This document shows positions 1-9,463 of a stretch of DNA of 39,700 nt, in pieces. Each line of letters begins with the position of its first letter. Positions within the stretch are counted from its first letter, which is position 1. The notes below the pieces were generated by a model that worked only from the letters and a program-made list of their open reading frames with translations, was not told the DNA's origin and made no database searches. The DNA comes from Leptospirales bacterium. GTDB lineage: Bacteria; Spirochaetota; Leptospiria; Turneriellales; JAOUFE01. Where the stretch lies: NCBI GenBank assembly GCA_040326155.1, contig JBEQLE010000039.1, positions 1-39,700 of the forward strand, written 5' to 3'. Position numbers and translations under genes: made by a program.

Positions 1-1451
1 TGCGAACCGCCTCGGTTACCGCCTCGGTTACCACCTGAAAATCTTGAAAAACGTTCTCGACCTGAACCCGAACCAGATCGACCACCACCACCCCTGCCTT
101 CTCGACCAGAGCCAGAACTTCTGCCCGGATCGTTTAAGTCGGGAGCTTTCTCATAATAGGAAAACAGTTGTTGAAATTCCATGGCAAGCAGACGTTTTAC
201 AATATCTTTCTCGGACATGTCTCCGAGCTTTTCAAATAAACTATTCACGAGTGGATCGACTTTTTCGTCATCGATTTTTACATCTTCAATTCGCTTAACG
301 ATATTGGTGAGTTGATTTTCAAAAACGGCGGAAGCGGGGGGAATTTGCAGCCTTTCGAATTTCTGGCCGATCATTTTTTCAATGCGTTTAATTTTGAACT
401 CTTCACGCAAACTGATAATGGCAATGGAAGTTCCTTTTTTTCCGGCTCTTCCTGTTCGACCACTTCTATGAGTATAAATTTCAAGCTCTTCGGGCATGCT
501 GTAATTGACTGTGTGGGTGACATCTTCCACATCAAGACCACGAGCGGCGACATCGGTTGCCACCAAAACCTGAAGACTACGCACACGAAACTTTTTCATA
601 ACCGACTCGCGCTGGGCATGAGAAAGATCTCCATGAAGCGGTTCTACGTTATAACCGTCCTTCATTAAAGACTCGGCAGTATCTTTTGTATCTTGCCGGG
701 TGCGGCAAAAAATGATTCCATATAAATTTGGTTCAGAATCTAGAATTCGTTTTAGAGCCAGGTATTTATCTCGGGCTTGAACAGCGTAATATACGTGAGT
801 TATATTTTCAGAAGCCTGATTTTTTTTACCGACTGTAACTTCGTAGGGGTCTTCCATGTAGTCCATGGCGATGGTTGCTACGCCTTTGGGCATGGTCGCT
901 GAAAAAAGAAGCGTATCTTTCTCGGCGGGAGTTTCTGATAATATGGCATTCAGGTCTTCTTTAAAGCCCATGTTTAACATTTCATCGGCTTCATCGAGGA
1001 CAACCCTGTTGATGTTGGTTAAAACTATTCTTTTTCTACGTATAATATCAAGCATTCGTCCGGGAGTAGCTACAACGATGTGAGCACCTTTGGAGAGGGC
1101 TCTAAGCTGAGCATCAATGGGGGCTCCACCATACACACCCACGATAGAGACACCTGTTTTATATTTGGCAAATTTCTTAAACTCGGTTGTTATTTGCAGG
1201 CAAAGCTCACGAGTCGGGCATAAAACAAGGCTCTGGGGAGTTTTATTGGAAGGGTCGACGTCGTCGATAATGGGCAACCCAAAAGCCGCCGTTTTACCGG
1301 TTCCTGTCTGTGCCAGACCAATTAAGTCTCTGCGATTTTTTATTAAAAAAGGGACAGCCTTTTCTTGAACAGGGGTAGGTTTTTCAAAACCAGCCTCGGT
1401 GACTCCTTTTAGAAGTTCAGGACTCAAACCCATTTTATCAAATGTAACCAT
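1..1451 (-). CDS. deaD: DEAD-box RNA helicase (DeaD/CsdA-like), 3' end runs off the window
   Basis: Hand translation from ATG at 1451: MVTFDKMGLSPELLKG..PTPVQ..AQTGTGKT, LHGDLS..QRE, ATDVAARGLD, HRSGRTGRAG, then an R/G/S-rich tail (GGNRGGNRGG). Absent from the ORF track because no stop lies in the window. Confidence 0.93.
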   Translation of the reverse strand, partial: MVTFDKMGLSPELLKGVTEAGFEKPTPVQEKAVPFLIKNRRDLIGLAQTGTGKTAAFGLPIIDDVDPSNKTPQSLVLCPTRELCLQITTEFKKFAKYKTGVSIVGVYGGAPIDAQLRALSKGAHIVVATPGRMLDIIRRKRIVLTNINRVVLDEADEMLNMGFKEDLNAILSETPAEKDTLLFSATMPKGVATIAMDYMEDPYEVTVGKKNQASENITHVYYAVQARDKYLALKRILDSEPNLYGIIFCRTRQDTKDTAESLMKDGYNVEPLHGDLSHAQRESVMKKFRVRSLQVLVATDVAARGLDVEDVTHTVNYSMPEELEIYTHRSGRTGRAGKKGTSIAIISLREEFKIKRIEKMIGQKFERLQIPPASAVFENQLTNIVKRIEDVKIDDEKVDPLVNSLFEKLGDMSEKDIVKRLLAMEFQQLFSYYEKAPDLNDPGRSSGSGREGRGGGGRSGSGSGRERFSRFSGGNRGGNRGGS

Positions 1452-1729
1452 AATATAATTCCGCCTTTAAGCAACTTAGAAAGTTAAACCCGTCATTGTT
1501 AATAGTACACTGTTCCAGGTTTTGATTCAGTTATTTTCGTGAGATTAAGATAACCGGATAATAGATCGATTTTTACTGTACTTCTTCGATTCGTCTAATC
1601 GCTTATGTCTGATTCGAAAATCAAGTCAGTTTGTCAAGTTCTAACCATAATTTCCAATATCATATGGAGCAAATTCCCAACCGCCAATAATTGATTGACA
1701 ATACTTACAACAATTTTATTCCATAAATT

Positions 1730-3031
1730 ATGAGTGAAGATGCAGAGAAAAAACCCTTATCGGTTTTAGATATTACCGCCCAGATCGAAAGACGCCTGAG
1801 CGAGGGTTCGGGGCTGCAAAACATTACCGTAATCGGTGAACTCATCGACTATAAACTTCACCCCGCTTCAGGCCACGCCTATTTCAGCCTCACCGACAAA
1901 GACGGAGGCGGCCCCCTGAAAAAAAAGGCGGTCTTAAAATGTACATTTTTTCGCGGCCAGAACCGCTTGCTCAATTTTACCCCGAAAGCGGGAATGGAAG
2001 TCGCCGCCATGGGGGGCGTCTCGGTCTATTACCAAGGAGGCCAATACAACTTCAATGTGCGTAAACTGATCGAAGTGGGCAAAGGGAACCTCTGGGTAAA
2101 AATTCAGGAGCTGAAAAAACAGCTTGTCGAAGAGGGTGTTATAGACCCCGAGCAAAGAAAACCCCTGCCCACCCTGCCCCGTAAAGTCGGTCTTGTCACG
2201 GGTATGGGAACAGCGGCTTTTCGCGATATTATAAAACAGATTAACGACAGATATCCGGCCGTCGACATCGTCATTGCTCCGGCCATGGTCCAGGGCAACG
2301 AAGCTCCGGGCTCTATTGCCGCAGCTCTAACAGAAATCGGTAAAACGAAGTGGGGTGTAGACGTTATTTTACTGGCACGCGGAGGAGGAAGCCCCGAAGA
2401 CCTGATGGCCTTTAACGACGAAAAAGTAGCACGGGCTATTTACGCCTGCCCCGTTCCGGTTGTTTCGGCCATTGGTCACCAGATTGACCACCCTATAAGC
2501 GATGATGTCGCCGACGTAGCCGCAGCCACCCCGACCGACGGCGCCAAACTAATTTTGCCTGTAATAGACGAAAAAATGGACCAGCTCGATATGCTCAAGC
2601 GCCACCTCAACAACTTGATGGCTTCTCGTTTCACGATTATAAACGAACGGCTAAAACGTTTCAGTGAAAAACCGTTTTTTCAAAACCCATACGTATTAAT
2701 AGAGGAGTTCGCGCTTCGTCTCGACGAAAAAGAGACCAGAATGACCCAGGCCATCGACCAGAGACTACGCAACATACGTGAACGATTTTTGGCACTAAAA
2801 GACGTCTCGCTCATTCAAGAAAAAAACATTCTCGCACACCGGGCCCACCTCGACCAGATCAACGAAAGAGTCATCGCCTTCTCGCCACTTGCCACACTCA
2901 AACGCGGCTACAGCATGGTCTACCAAGACGGCAAAATCGTCCGCTCCGCAGACAAAGTAAAAATGGACAAACAGATCGAAGTTAAAATGCACGGCGGAAC
3001 CGTAACAGCCTCACCGCAGAAACTTGAATAA
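1730..3031 (+). CDS. xseA: Exodeoxyribonuclease VII large subunit
   Basis: N-terminal OB fold (SGHAYFSLTD), ARGGGSPEDLMAFNDE, VVSAIGHQID, AATPT, C-terminal SPLATLKRGYS. Confidence 0.96.
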   Translation: MSEDAEKKPLSVLDITAQIERRLSEGSGLQNITVIGELIDYKLHPASGHAYFSLTDKDGGGPLKKKAVLKCTFFRGQNRLLNFTPKAGMEVAAMGGVSVYYQGGQYNFNVRKLIEVGKGNLWVKIQELKKQLVEEGVIDPEQRKPLPTLPRKVGLVTGMGTAAFRDIIKQINDRYPAVDIVIAPAMVQGNEAPGSIAAALTEIGKTKWGVDVILLARGGGSPEDLMAFNDEKVARAIYACPVPVVSAIGHQIDHPISDDVADVAAATPTDGAKLILPVIDEKMDQLDMLKRHLNNLMASRFTIINERLKRFSEKPFFQNPYVLIEEFALRLDEKETRMTQAIDQRLRNIRERFLALKDVSLIQEKNILAHRAHLDQINERVIAFSPLATLKRGYSMVYQDGKIVRSADKVKMDKQIEVKMHGGTVTASPQKLE

Positions 3032-3040
3032 GCCAGACCC

Positions 3041-3460
3041 CTACGGTGGGGAATTTTCCATCACCCGTTTTGTAAAATCGATAAAATCTTCCAGATGATT
3101 TTCAATAATATCCTGCATAATTTTAATTTCCAGTTCCTGGTATTGATGCACCAAAATATTCCTGAAGCCGACCATTTTAATCAGCTTCCCAGATAAATCT
3201 TGCGGGATAATTTTAGCATCAGCAAGCATTACAAAACCATCTTTACTCTCTTTTGGTATACCCAGTTTTTGAATTCTAACAACATGGTTCGCCAGGTCAA
3301 TGCATTGCTCTGCCGCGCGTTGGATATTAATGGCAATGGCGTCTTGTTTTAAATGGTCTTGTTCAAACGAAAGTCCGGTTTCTTGTTTATAATAAATATT
3401 GATTTGGCGAACGCACCTTTCGATGCTCTCTTTTTTATTCAGTATTATATCGTCGATCAT
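3041..3460 (-). CDS. hepT: HepT/DUF86 HEPN ribonuclease toxin (type VII TA)
   Basis: RX4HXY motif (FRNILVHQY); 4-bp overlap with the upstream MNT gene. Confidence 0.9.
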   Translation of the reverse strand: MIDDIILNKKESIERCVRQINIYYKQETGLSFEQDHLKQDAIAINIQRAAEQCIDLANHVVRIQKLGIPKESKDGFVMLADAKIIPQDLSGKLIKMVGFRNILVHQYQELEIKIMQDIIENHLEDFIDFTKRVMENSPP

Positions 3461-3879
3461 AGGTTTAGCACCTGTTTTGTTTCGACTATTTGAGAAAGAA
3501 TAGCAGAGCGTTCTTGCTGTAATTTCTGATAAAACGAAAGTGTAAGCATCTCAAAAACATCCACTCCATTTTTATCGGACGAATCGATTAAGCGGCCATG
3601 CTCCATAACCTGAAGTTGAAATACAGTATTCATTTGACGAATATTAACAAGATCAACCGGACGATGTAAAAAATCGCTTAAACCAAGAGAACATTCGCTC
3701 ATGGCAAGACTACCGACACTTTTCGCCGTATCATGAGGCAACAAAACAGCAATATCAGCATCGCTCTCGGGCCGTTCAAACTCCGTCCCCAAAGACCCAA
3801 AAATATAGACCCCCTGAACATCAGAATAATAGCGATGAATGAGTCTGCAAATACCCTCTGTTGTTTCCCCCGAAATCAT
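3457..3879 (-). CDS. mntA: MntA-like minimal nucleotidyltransferase antitoxin
   Basis: GSX10DXD motif (FGSLGTEFERPESDAD) and VDLV; directly upstream of the HEPN gene. Confidence 0.9.
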   Translation of the reverse strand: MISGETTEGICRLIHRYYSDVQGVYIFGSLGTEFERPESDADIAVLLPHDTAKSVGSLAMSECSLGLSDFLHRPVDLVNIRQMNTVFQLQVMEHGRLIDSSDKNGVDVFEMLTLSFYQKLQQERSAILSQIVETKQVLNL

Positions 3880-3979
3880 ATAGTCTTTAATGATTCAATC
3901 CACCACTTTGTCAAGAAGTTCCAGTGTTGAATGTCACAACATAGGCAACGCTTTGCGATTTTATCTGATCCTGGAACCA

Positions 3980-4273
3980 TTATTTCAATTTGTTTCTAAG
4001 CCAGGCAGGGTTTTTTCGACAATCAAGAACAGCATAAATATGAATAATGTTATTTTCAAGTTTATAATATGCTGCAAATGGAAACCTTTTTGACAACATG
4101 CGGTAATATTTATTGAAATAAATTGGATGTACACCGGCATTTATAATAAGAGAGTCGATATCTGAATAGAGGGAATCTAAAAAATAATTACCAACCCCTT
4201 CGGCTTGTTTTTCGTAAAAGCAATATCCATCAACTAAATCTTGACTCGCTGAGGGGAGGATATTTATTTTCAT
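3980..4273 (-). CDS. RelE/ParE family toxin
   Basis: MKINILPSASQDL..FYEKQAEGVG..RFPFAAYY..IYAVLDCRKNP, typical of ParE-like toxins; overlaps the antitoxin stop. Confidence 0.88.
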   Translation of the reverse strand: MKINILPSASQDLVDGYCFYEKQAEGVGNYFLDSLYSDIDSLIINAGVHPIYFNKYYRMLSKRFPFAAYYKLENNIIHIYAVLDCRKNPAWLRNKLK

Positions 4274-4488
4274 GAGATTTCATTTCGAATATTCTTTTTG
4301 GCTAAATCCCAATCTACAAATTTTTCTTTACCTGATTTAACATTTTCTTCGCGCTGTTCTAAGACCTTTTCATGCCACGGCGGAGAGAGTGTGCTATCAG
4401 CTGTTTTGCATAAATCTTCCCATATAGATTCCATAGTCTGAATTTTTTCTTCGATGCTCATATCGTCTAATTGTATAGTATTCGCCAT
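4270..4488 (-). CDS. Addiction-module antitoxin (TIGR02574-like)
   Basis: MSIEEKIQTMESIWEDL..SPPWH..L..R..FVDW pattern; 72 aa, upstream of the ParE-like toxin. Confidence 0.88.
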   Translation of the reverse strand: MANTIQLDDMSIEEKIQTMESIWEDLCKTADSTLSPPWHEKVLEQREENVKSGKEKFVDWDLAKKNIRNEIS

Positions 4489-4888
4489 TATTTTTTAATC
4501 CCTTTTATCCAAATGGAAGTTTTCATATGAAACTACAGATAATATATTGAATGTGTCAATCAGAATCCAATAAAAGCGTAGCTTCGTTTGCAATGAAATA
4601 GGTTGTATAATCAGCTATTCCCCAGTATTAATGAAAATTGCCCGAGCCATTTCTGTTATTTTCCAAGAGATGAAAAATATCCATAAATTTGTAAGAATTA
4701 CCAAAGTTAACTTTTAAACAGGAGCATGAAACAGCTTCCGTAAAAATTGATTTTACGTGAGTACATTCGACTGTCTTGCGATATACAATATAATGCACTT
4801 TGTTTAAATATGTTATAAAAAACCAGCCGTTTACGATAGACCAATTATTTCCAATAACACTTTTTGACGGCAAAACACTTTTACTTTA

Positions 4889-5114
4889 AAGGGGGCAAAA
4901 CGATATTCCTCCGTAAGTAAATATCGGGCCCCCTCGCGTTATACTCCGAAGCAAGCTGTCAAAAACCACGTTTTTTGACAGCATAAACTTTAAGCGAAAA
5001 TTGAACGAAGCGACACCAAAAAACCGCAGGATTTTTTGGTGACCTAAAGAACCCCCCGATTTCATCTATTGTGGCTGAGAGATGGAAAATTCCACCGTTA
5101 GCACGATTTTCGCT
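4889..5114. repeat. Multi-hairpin intergenic element; shares two modules with 21193-21268
   Basis: Stems AGGGGGC/GCCCCCT, GCTGTCAAAAA/TTTTTGACAGC, AGCGAAAAT/ATTTTCGCT, CACCAAAAAA/TTTTTTGGTG. Confidence 0.65.
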
Positions 5115-5235
5115 GGTGGGTAAAAACCGACTAGCGGACACGAATACAAAAAAAGTGCTTGAAGGTTGAATATTTGTTCATTTAACGTTATGCGAAAACT
5201 TCTTGACAGAATACTCAGTTTAGTTTTTATACTGA

Positions 5236-5622
5236 ATGAAATATAAAATTCTTATACCAATTATTTGCCTGATGAGCTTATCCTGTGGTGAGGGCGTAGG
5301 CAGTGGTGATTATTACTTTACAAATTCATCATCGATTCCTCTTTATTTTCATATTCTTGATCAAGATGAAACATATCTTTTGTTGTCCGGAGAAAGTCAG
5401 TTGCTTGCAGAAGATGTGTCGGGCGGTATTGGGGTGGCCGGGCTTCCGAGTGACTATATACAATCATTGTATATTTATAATGATATACATTTGTTGAATC
5501 AGGTTTACGCACAGGACCCTATCGATGACGACCGATGGCAACGTGAAACACCCTCTGGGTATGATTATTGGGAATATGCAATATTCACATTTGAAATCAC
5601 AGATGCTATGCTTGTGCCTTGA
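5236..5622 (+). CDS. Putative lipoprotein, acidic, unknown function
   Basis: MKYKILIPIICLMSLSC signal peptide with lipobox-like Cys; 128-aa ORF. Confidence 0.7.
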   Translation: MKYKILIPIICLMSLSCGEGVGSGDYYFTNSSSIPLYFHILDQDETYLLLSGESQLLAEDVSGGIGVAGLPSDYIQSLYIYNDIHLLNQVYAQDPIDDDRWQRETPSGYDYWEYAIFTFEITDAMLVP

Positions 5623-5688
5623 CGATAAATGGTTTACTGCTTTTGCTACTTAATACGAAATATACTTGTTCGAAATGCGGCTTTATGT

Positions 5689-5817
5689 TCAAGCAGTGAT
5701 ATAGACAGAGCCTATATATGTTACATTCATACCTTTCGTATAAACCATAATTTTTTCACAAAATTCAATCATGTCATCGATATAAAAACGCCACTCACGC
5801 TTTGCATCGTCAGACAT
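5689..5817 (-). pseudogene. Truncated DUF86/HepT toxin (N-terminus only)
   Basis: MSDDAKREWRFYIDDMIEFCEKIMVYTKGM matches the usual DUF86 N-terminus and overlaps the MNT stop. The frame ends after 42 aa with no RX4H motif. Confidence 0.75.
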
Positions 5818-6109
5818 GAATAGCCTCTTTTTCAATAAAAGGTCGCAACTCTGGACGCAGGGCTTTGTCAGTTACCAGGTCAACTTTACATTCAAATAGA
5901 TCTTCGAGATAAAATTGCAGGCCAAAATAGCTTTTTGAAGTCGCTTTTCCTTTAAAGGAAACAAGAATATCCAGATCACTTTCACCACTGGCTTCACCTC
6001 TGGCCACCGAACCGAAAAGCATAAGATCTTTTACATCAAATTCTTTGCATACCTTATCTTTATGCTCAACAAGCATGGCTATAATTTTGTCTTTATCTGT
6101 AATATCCAT
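5810..6109 (-). CDS. Minimal nucleotidyltransferase (MNT) antitoxin
   Basis: FGSVARGEASGESDLDILV (GSX10DXD), KVDLVT..ALRPELRPFIEKEA. Confidence 0.9.
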   Translation of the reverse strand: MDITDKDKIIAMLVEHKDKVCKEFDVKDLMLFGSVARGEASGESDLDILVSFKGKATSKSYFGLQFYLEDLFECKVDLVTDKALRPELRPFIEKEAIHV

Positions 6110-6174
6110 AAATGACTCTTCGATGCTTATAAAACAACCTCGCCTAACGTGATGTCAAACGAGGTTATACACCA

Positions 6175-6423
6175 TCACTTGCTACATTGGGAATCAACAT
6201 TGCATTTTTTGCCGGTATTTGTGCATACTTTTTGCCCATAATCACCTTGCTTGCATTTGCCAAATATTGGTGTAGTAATACCACCCGTACATATACCACT
6301 GGTACATTTTTTACCTACACCACACTGAACATCCATTGTACATTTATCACCAGCATTACCCGCATAAGCTAAACCAGCCGTCAGGAGAGTAATTATAAAA
6401 AAACCTGTAATTTTTCTTTTCAT
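6175..6423 (-). CDS. Small secreted cysteine-rich protein (8 Cys)
   Basis: Signal peptide ending AYA; C-x5-C-x5-C-x4-C module plus a second 4-Cys module. Confidence 0.75.
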   Translation of the reverse strand: MKRKITGFFIITLLTAGLAYAGNAGDKCTMDVQCGVGKKCTSGICTGGITTPIFGKCKQGDYGQKVCTNTGKKCNVDSQCSK

Positions 6424-6586
6424 GTCAAACTTCCATTAATTCCTTATTCAAAAATAATAATGAATACAAAAGAAAACAAATGTATAAGAAGTCAATGTAA
6501 TTATTTTGATCGAAATCGAATCTTCTAATTCATATTCTGTGTAAATCTCAGAGCAATAAAATCTGGAACGTTTTTATGAGGCTCGA

Positions 6587-6806
6587 CAAGGGCCAGGACT
6601 GCCTTGAATTTACATGTCGCGCTTGCGCGATATAACGTAACGCCGAGGCCGACCGGAGGGAGGACACTCGTTTTCTTTGCGCTTGGCGCAAATTTGTCGT
6701 AAAACTTTATACAGCGAAACTTTCAACTATCCGGCGACCATCGCGGAGAAAAAATTTTTACGAGATGACTTCGTGGGCAGGCCAGGCCCTCCCGCCTTTA
6801 GCGGGA
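6587..6806. other. GC-rich multi-hairpin non-coding element (repeat/MITE or structured RNA)
   Basis: Stems CAAGG/CCTTG, TCGCGC/GCGCGA, TTGCGC/GCGCAA, TCGTAAAA/TTTTACGA, TCCCGC/GCGGGA in AT-rich surroundings. Confidence 0.5.
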
Positions 6807-6893
6807 TCTTTCTAGTCCAGGTTTTTGAGTTCGAACCATTGCCAATGGCTGACTTATTTTTGTGTCGGAAGTTTATTAAGATGCTTTGAAGTG

Positions 6894-6927
6894 ATTCCCG
6901 TATGCTAATGTGAATGCATACGGGAAT
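6894..6927 (-). terminator. Hairpin downstream of hcp
   Basis: 12-bp perfect stem ATTCCCGTATGC/GCATACGGGAAT about 20 nt past the hcp stop; U-tract is weak. Confidence 0.5.
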
Positions 6928-6946
6928 ACTATACTCACCCGATCGC

Positions 6947-8278
6947 TTAAGCGATAAGAAGTTTTTTTAGGTCGCCTTCTACATCTGCCGTAAGGTTCAG
7001 ATTGAAAGTTTCTACTAAAAAATTGAGTATGTCACTATTGACAAACTGTGGTGGTTTTGGACCAATATAGATGTCTTGTATTCCAAGGCTGAATAAAGCC
7101 AATAGAATTAGAACAGCTTTTTGTTCCATCCAGCTTAATACAATCGCTATGGGCAGATCGTTTACTGGAGTTTTCAATGCGTCTGATATAGCCAGGGCAA
7201 TATGAACTGCACCGTTTGAATCATTACACTGTCCAAGATCTAAATATCTTGGAATTTCAGTTCCAGGTACGGTTCCAAAATCAATGTCATTGAAACGAAA
7301 TTTACCACAGCTAGAGGTGATGATGACCACATCTTGCGGAAGTTTTTCTGCCATCTCTCTGAAATATTCACCTTGATTTCCTGGAGCGTCACATCCTGCG
7401 ATAACGAAAAATTGTTTGATTTTTCCTGCACCAACGGCCTCAAGAATCTGGGGAGCCAAAGTTAGAATTGTTTTGTAATGGTGACCAGTGACAAGAGTGT
7501 CTTCTGAGTCAAAACCTGTAACTTCTGGTAGTTTCTGGGCTTGCTCGATGAGTGGTCCAAAATCGTCACCCTCAATATTTTGAATTCCTTCGGCACCTAC
7601 GATTTTATAACCCCATAGACGATCTGTGTATCCAGTGTCTTTTGTAGGGGGAACAATGCAATTTGTGTTGACCACAATCGCACCGGGCCATTTTTCAAAT
7701 AATTTCGTTTGGTCAAACCACGACTTGCCTATATTTCCTTTTAATTGTGGGTAGGCTTTAAAGTCTGGGTAAGCATGCGCTGGCAACATCTCAGAGTGGG
7801 TGTAGATGTTGATATCTAGACCTTTTGTGGCTTCTAATAAAAGTTTAAGCATATGTAAATTATGCCCACTTACTAAAATTGCTTTTCCTTCAGCTTTATT
7901 TTGAGAAACTTGTACAGGGGTAGGAATGCCAAATTTTCCAGTATGCGCTTCAGAAAGAATGTTCATTCCTTGAACACCAGCACTACCGATTTTCATTAAC
8001 TGAGCAATATGATCATCAAAGTTGAAATTTACATTGGTTAATGTAAAGTACAAAGTTTCAGAAATTACATTGTCTACTTCTGTTGTGTTTGCCCCAAGTT
8101 CCACTGCATGTTCTCGATATGCAGAAAGCCCTTGTAGCCCCATGACCATCATATCTTGAAGTCTAGCCTGCGTGTCAGTTTTACCACAAGTTCCTTTGTC
8201 ACGTCCTTGAGATCCACATCCACCAGGGACGCTCATTTCACATTGATAGCAAAACATGTTTAAGTTTTGTTCTTCCAT
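6947..8278 (-). CDS. hcp: Hybrid cluster protein (hydroxylamine/NO reductase), short form
   Basis: MFCYQC..C..CGK, TLTNVNF, ILVSGH, YTHSEMLPAH, GCD, LDLGQCND, SWMEQKAV; SD AGGAG. Confidence 0.95.
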   Translation of the reverse strand: MEEQNLNMFCYQCEMSVPGGCGSQGRDKGTCGKTDTQARLQDMMVMGLQGLSAYREHAVELGANTTEVDNVISETLYFTLTNVNFNFDDHIAQLMKIGSAGVQGMNILSEAHTGKFGIPTPVQVSQNKAEGKAILVSGHNLHMLKLLLEATKGLDINIYTHSEMLPAHAYPDFKAYPQLKGNIGKSWFDQTKLFEKWPGAIVVNTNCIVPPTKDTGYTDRLWGYKIVGAEGIQNIEGDDFGPLIEQAQKLPEVTGFDSEDTLVTGHHYKTILTLAPQILEAVGAGKIKQFFVIAGCDAPGNQGEYFREMAEKLPQDVVIITSSCGKFRFNDIDFGTVPGTEIPRYLDLGQCNDSNGAVHIALAISDALKTPVNDLPIAIVLSWMEQKAVLILLALFSLGIQDIYIGPKPPQFVNSDILNFLVETFNLNLTADVEGDLKKLLIA

Positions 8279-8396
8279 TAGTTCTCCTTGTTGGTTAGTT
8301 AGCGTTTACTTACCTTTTCTTTTTCGAATGTACAGTCAATCAAAAAACATGGATTGAATTTCCAGGGACACCTTTGCTGACACTTACCAATCCCTC

Positions 8397-9218
8397 TCAC
8401 ACATATTGCATGGCTTTTTGCAATGCCGATGTGTAATAACCGCCGCCAAACAGATTTGCGTGGACCAATAGGGGGTAAACATGGTATAACGATTTTAGTT
8501 TTTCGTAACCTTCGTCTATTGGTTTTACCTCTTTATAGCCACGGTAAAACGATTCGGGAAAACCGCCAAAAAGTTCGGTAAAAGCCAGCTCTACCCGGTA
8601 ATCGCCGTAATACACGGCTGGGTCAATAAACAGAGGGCCGCTTTCACAATACATTAAATTCCCGGACCAGAGGTCTCCATGCAATAAAGAACTTTTAGCG
8701 TCTGCGGTTAGTTCAGGAATTTTCTCTAACAAGGCGTTCCAGATGAGTTCGTCGGTTTTTGAAACGAGCGACCGTTTTCGGTACAAATCGAGCATAAATG
8801 TTATGCGATGATCTCGATAGAATTCACCCCACTGCTTATGGAGTCCATTTTTTTGCACTAAAGATCCGATAAAATTATCGGTTTGCAGACCAAATTCGTT
8901 GGCTTCTTGCGAGTGTAAATTTGCCAGCATCCTACCCGCATTTTCAGGTAGTGCTCTTGCAGGCTGGTAATATTTTAGTAAAATAGATTTCTGAGAATAG
9001 GTAATGACTTCGGGAACCGGAAGGTTACTCTTTCGTAAAAGAGATAAACCCTCTACTTCTTTTTCGAAAAAATCGGGTGGAGCGGTTTCGTTGCTTTTTA
9101 CGGCAAACTCCCCCTTCTCGCAAACCCACTTTTCGACACGATTAATGTCTCCGCCGAACAGTGGCGACCGGCTGAAGACTTCACCGGTATAAAAATTAAA
9201 GTCTGGACTTGGTTTCAC
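8397..9218 (-). CDS. Fructosamine kinase family protein
   Basis: GGDIN, FGLQTDNFIG, LLHGDLWSGN, IDPAVYYGD, YPLLVHANLFG. Confidence 0.92.
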   Translation of the reverse strand: MKPSPDFNFYTGEVFSRSPLFGGDINRVEKWVCEKGEFAVKSNETAPPDFFEKEVEGLSLLRKSNLPVPEVITYSQKSILLKYYQPARALPENAGRMLANLHSQEANEFGLQTDNFIGSLVQKNGLHKQWGEFYRDHRITFMLDLYRKRSLVSKTDELIWNALLEKIPELTADAKSSLLHGDLWSGNLMYCESGPLFIDPAVYYGDYRVELAFTELFGGFPESFYRGYKEVKPIDEGYEKLKSLYHVYPLLVHANLFGGGYYTSALQKAMQYV

Positions 9219-9423
9219 CCTTATGACCGGTTGAATTTTCTTTTTTATTATGATTTATATTAAGATCGCTACCACTAGACCTGGGGTGGGCTCCATTGAT
9301 AACATCTTGTATCTTGCGAAATGAATCGCTAAGACACTCACGACAGTACCCTTTCTGATAGATTTTTTCAACCATCTTATGGCACTTCTGACAAATGTGA
9401 AAATAGTGCTGCTTATCCATCAA
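9196..9423 (-). CDS. Small hypothetical protein with CxxC..CxxC zinc-binding motif
   Basis: CQKC and CREC; overlaps the kinase start, consistent with an operon. Confidence 0.6.
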   Translation of the reverse strand: MMDKQHYFHICQKCHKMVEKIYQKGYCRECLSDSFRKIQDVINGAHPRSSGSDLNINHNKKENSTGHKGETKSRL

Positions 9424-9463
9424 TTCGTAAATCCATCACACAAAACTCCTGCCTTATTAAGTT

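Noticed and set aside
44..1368. Plus-strand ORFs and 371-586 in the ORF track
   Set aside because: Shadow frames of the DEAD-box helicase. The same applies to short ORFs inside xseA, kefB, ftsA, ftsZ, the transposase, the PHP-ATPase, lysS and the di-heme gene.
4628..4873. ORF as a degenerate RAYT/IS200 transposase
   Set aside because: Only a vague resemblance, no clear HUH motif, TTG start without SD; not supportable without a search.
6142..6170. attC site (GTATAAC...GTTAGGC, minus strand) between the Cys-rich gene and MNT
   Set aside because: Only 29 bp with no L boxes; equally explained by an AACCTCG/CGAGGTT hairpin. At most a collapsed remnant.
8280..8390. FNR/NsrR/HcpR site upstream of hcp
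   Set aside because: A TTGAT half-site is present but no convincing palindrome.
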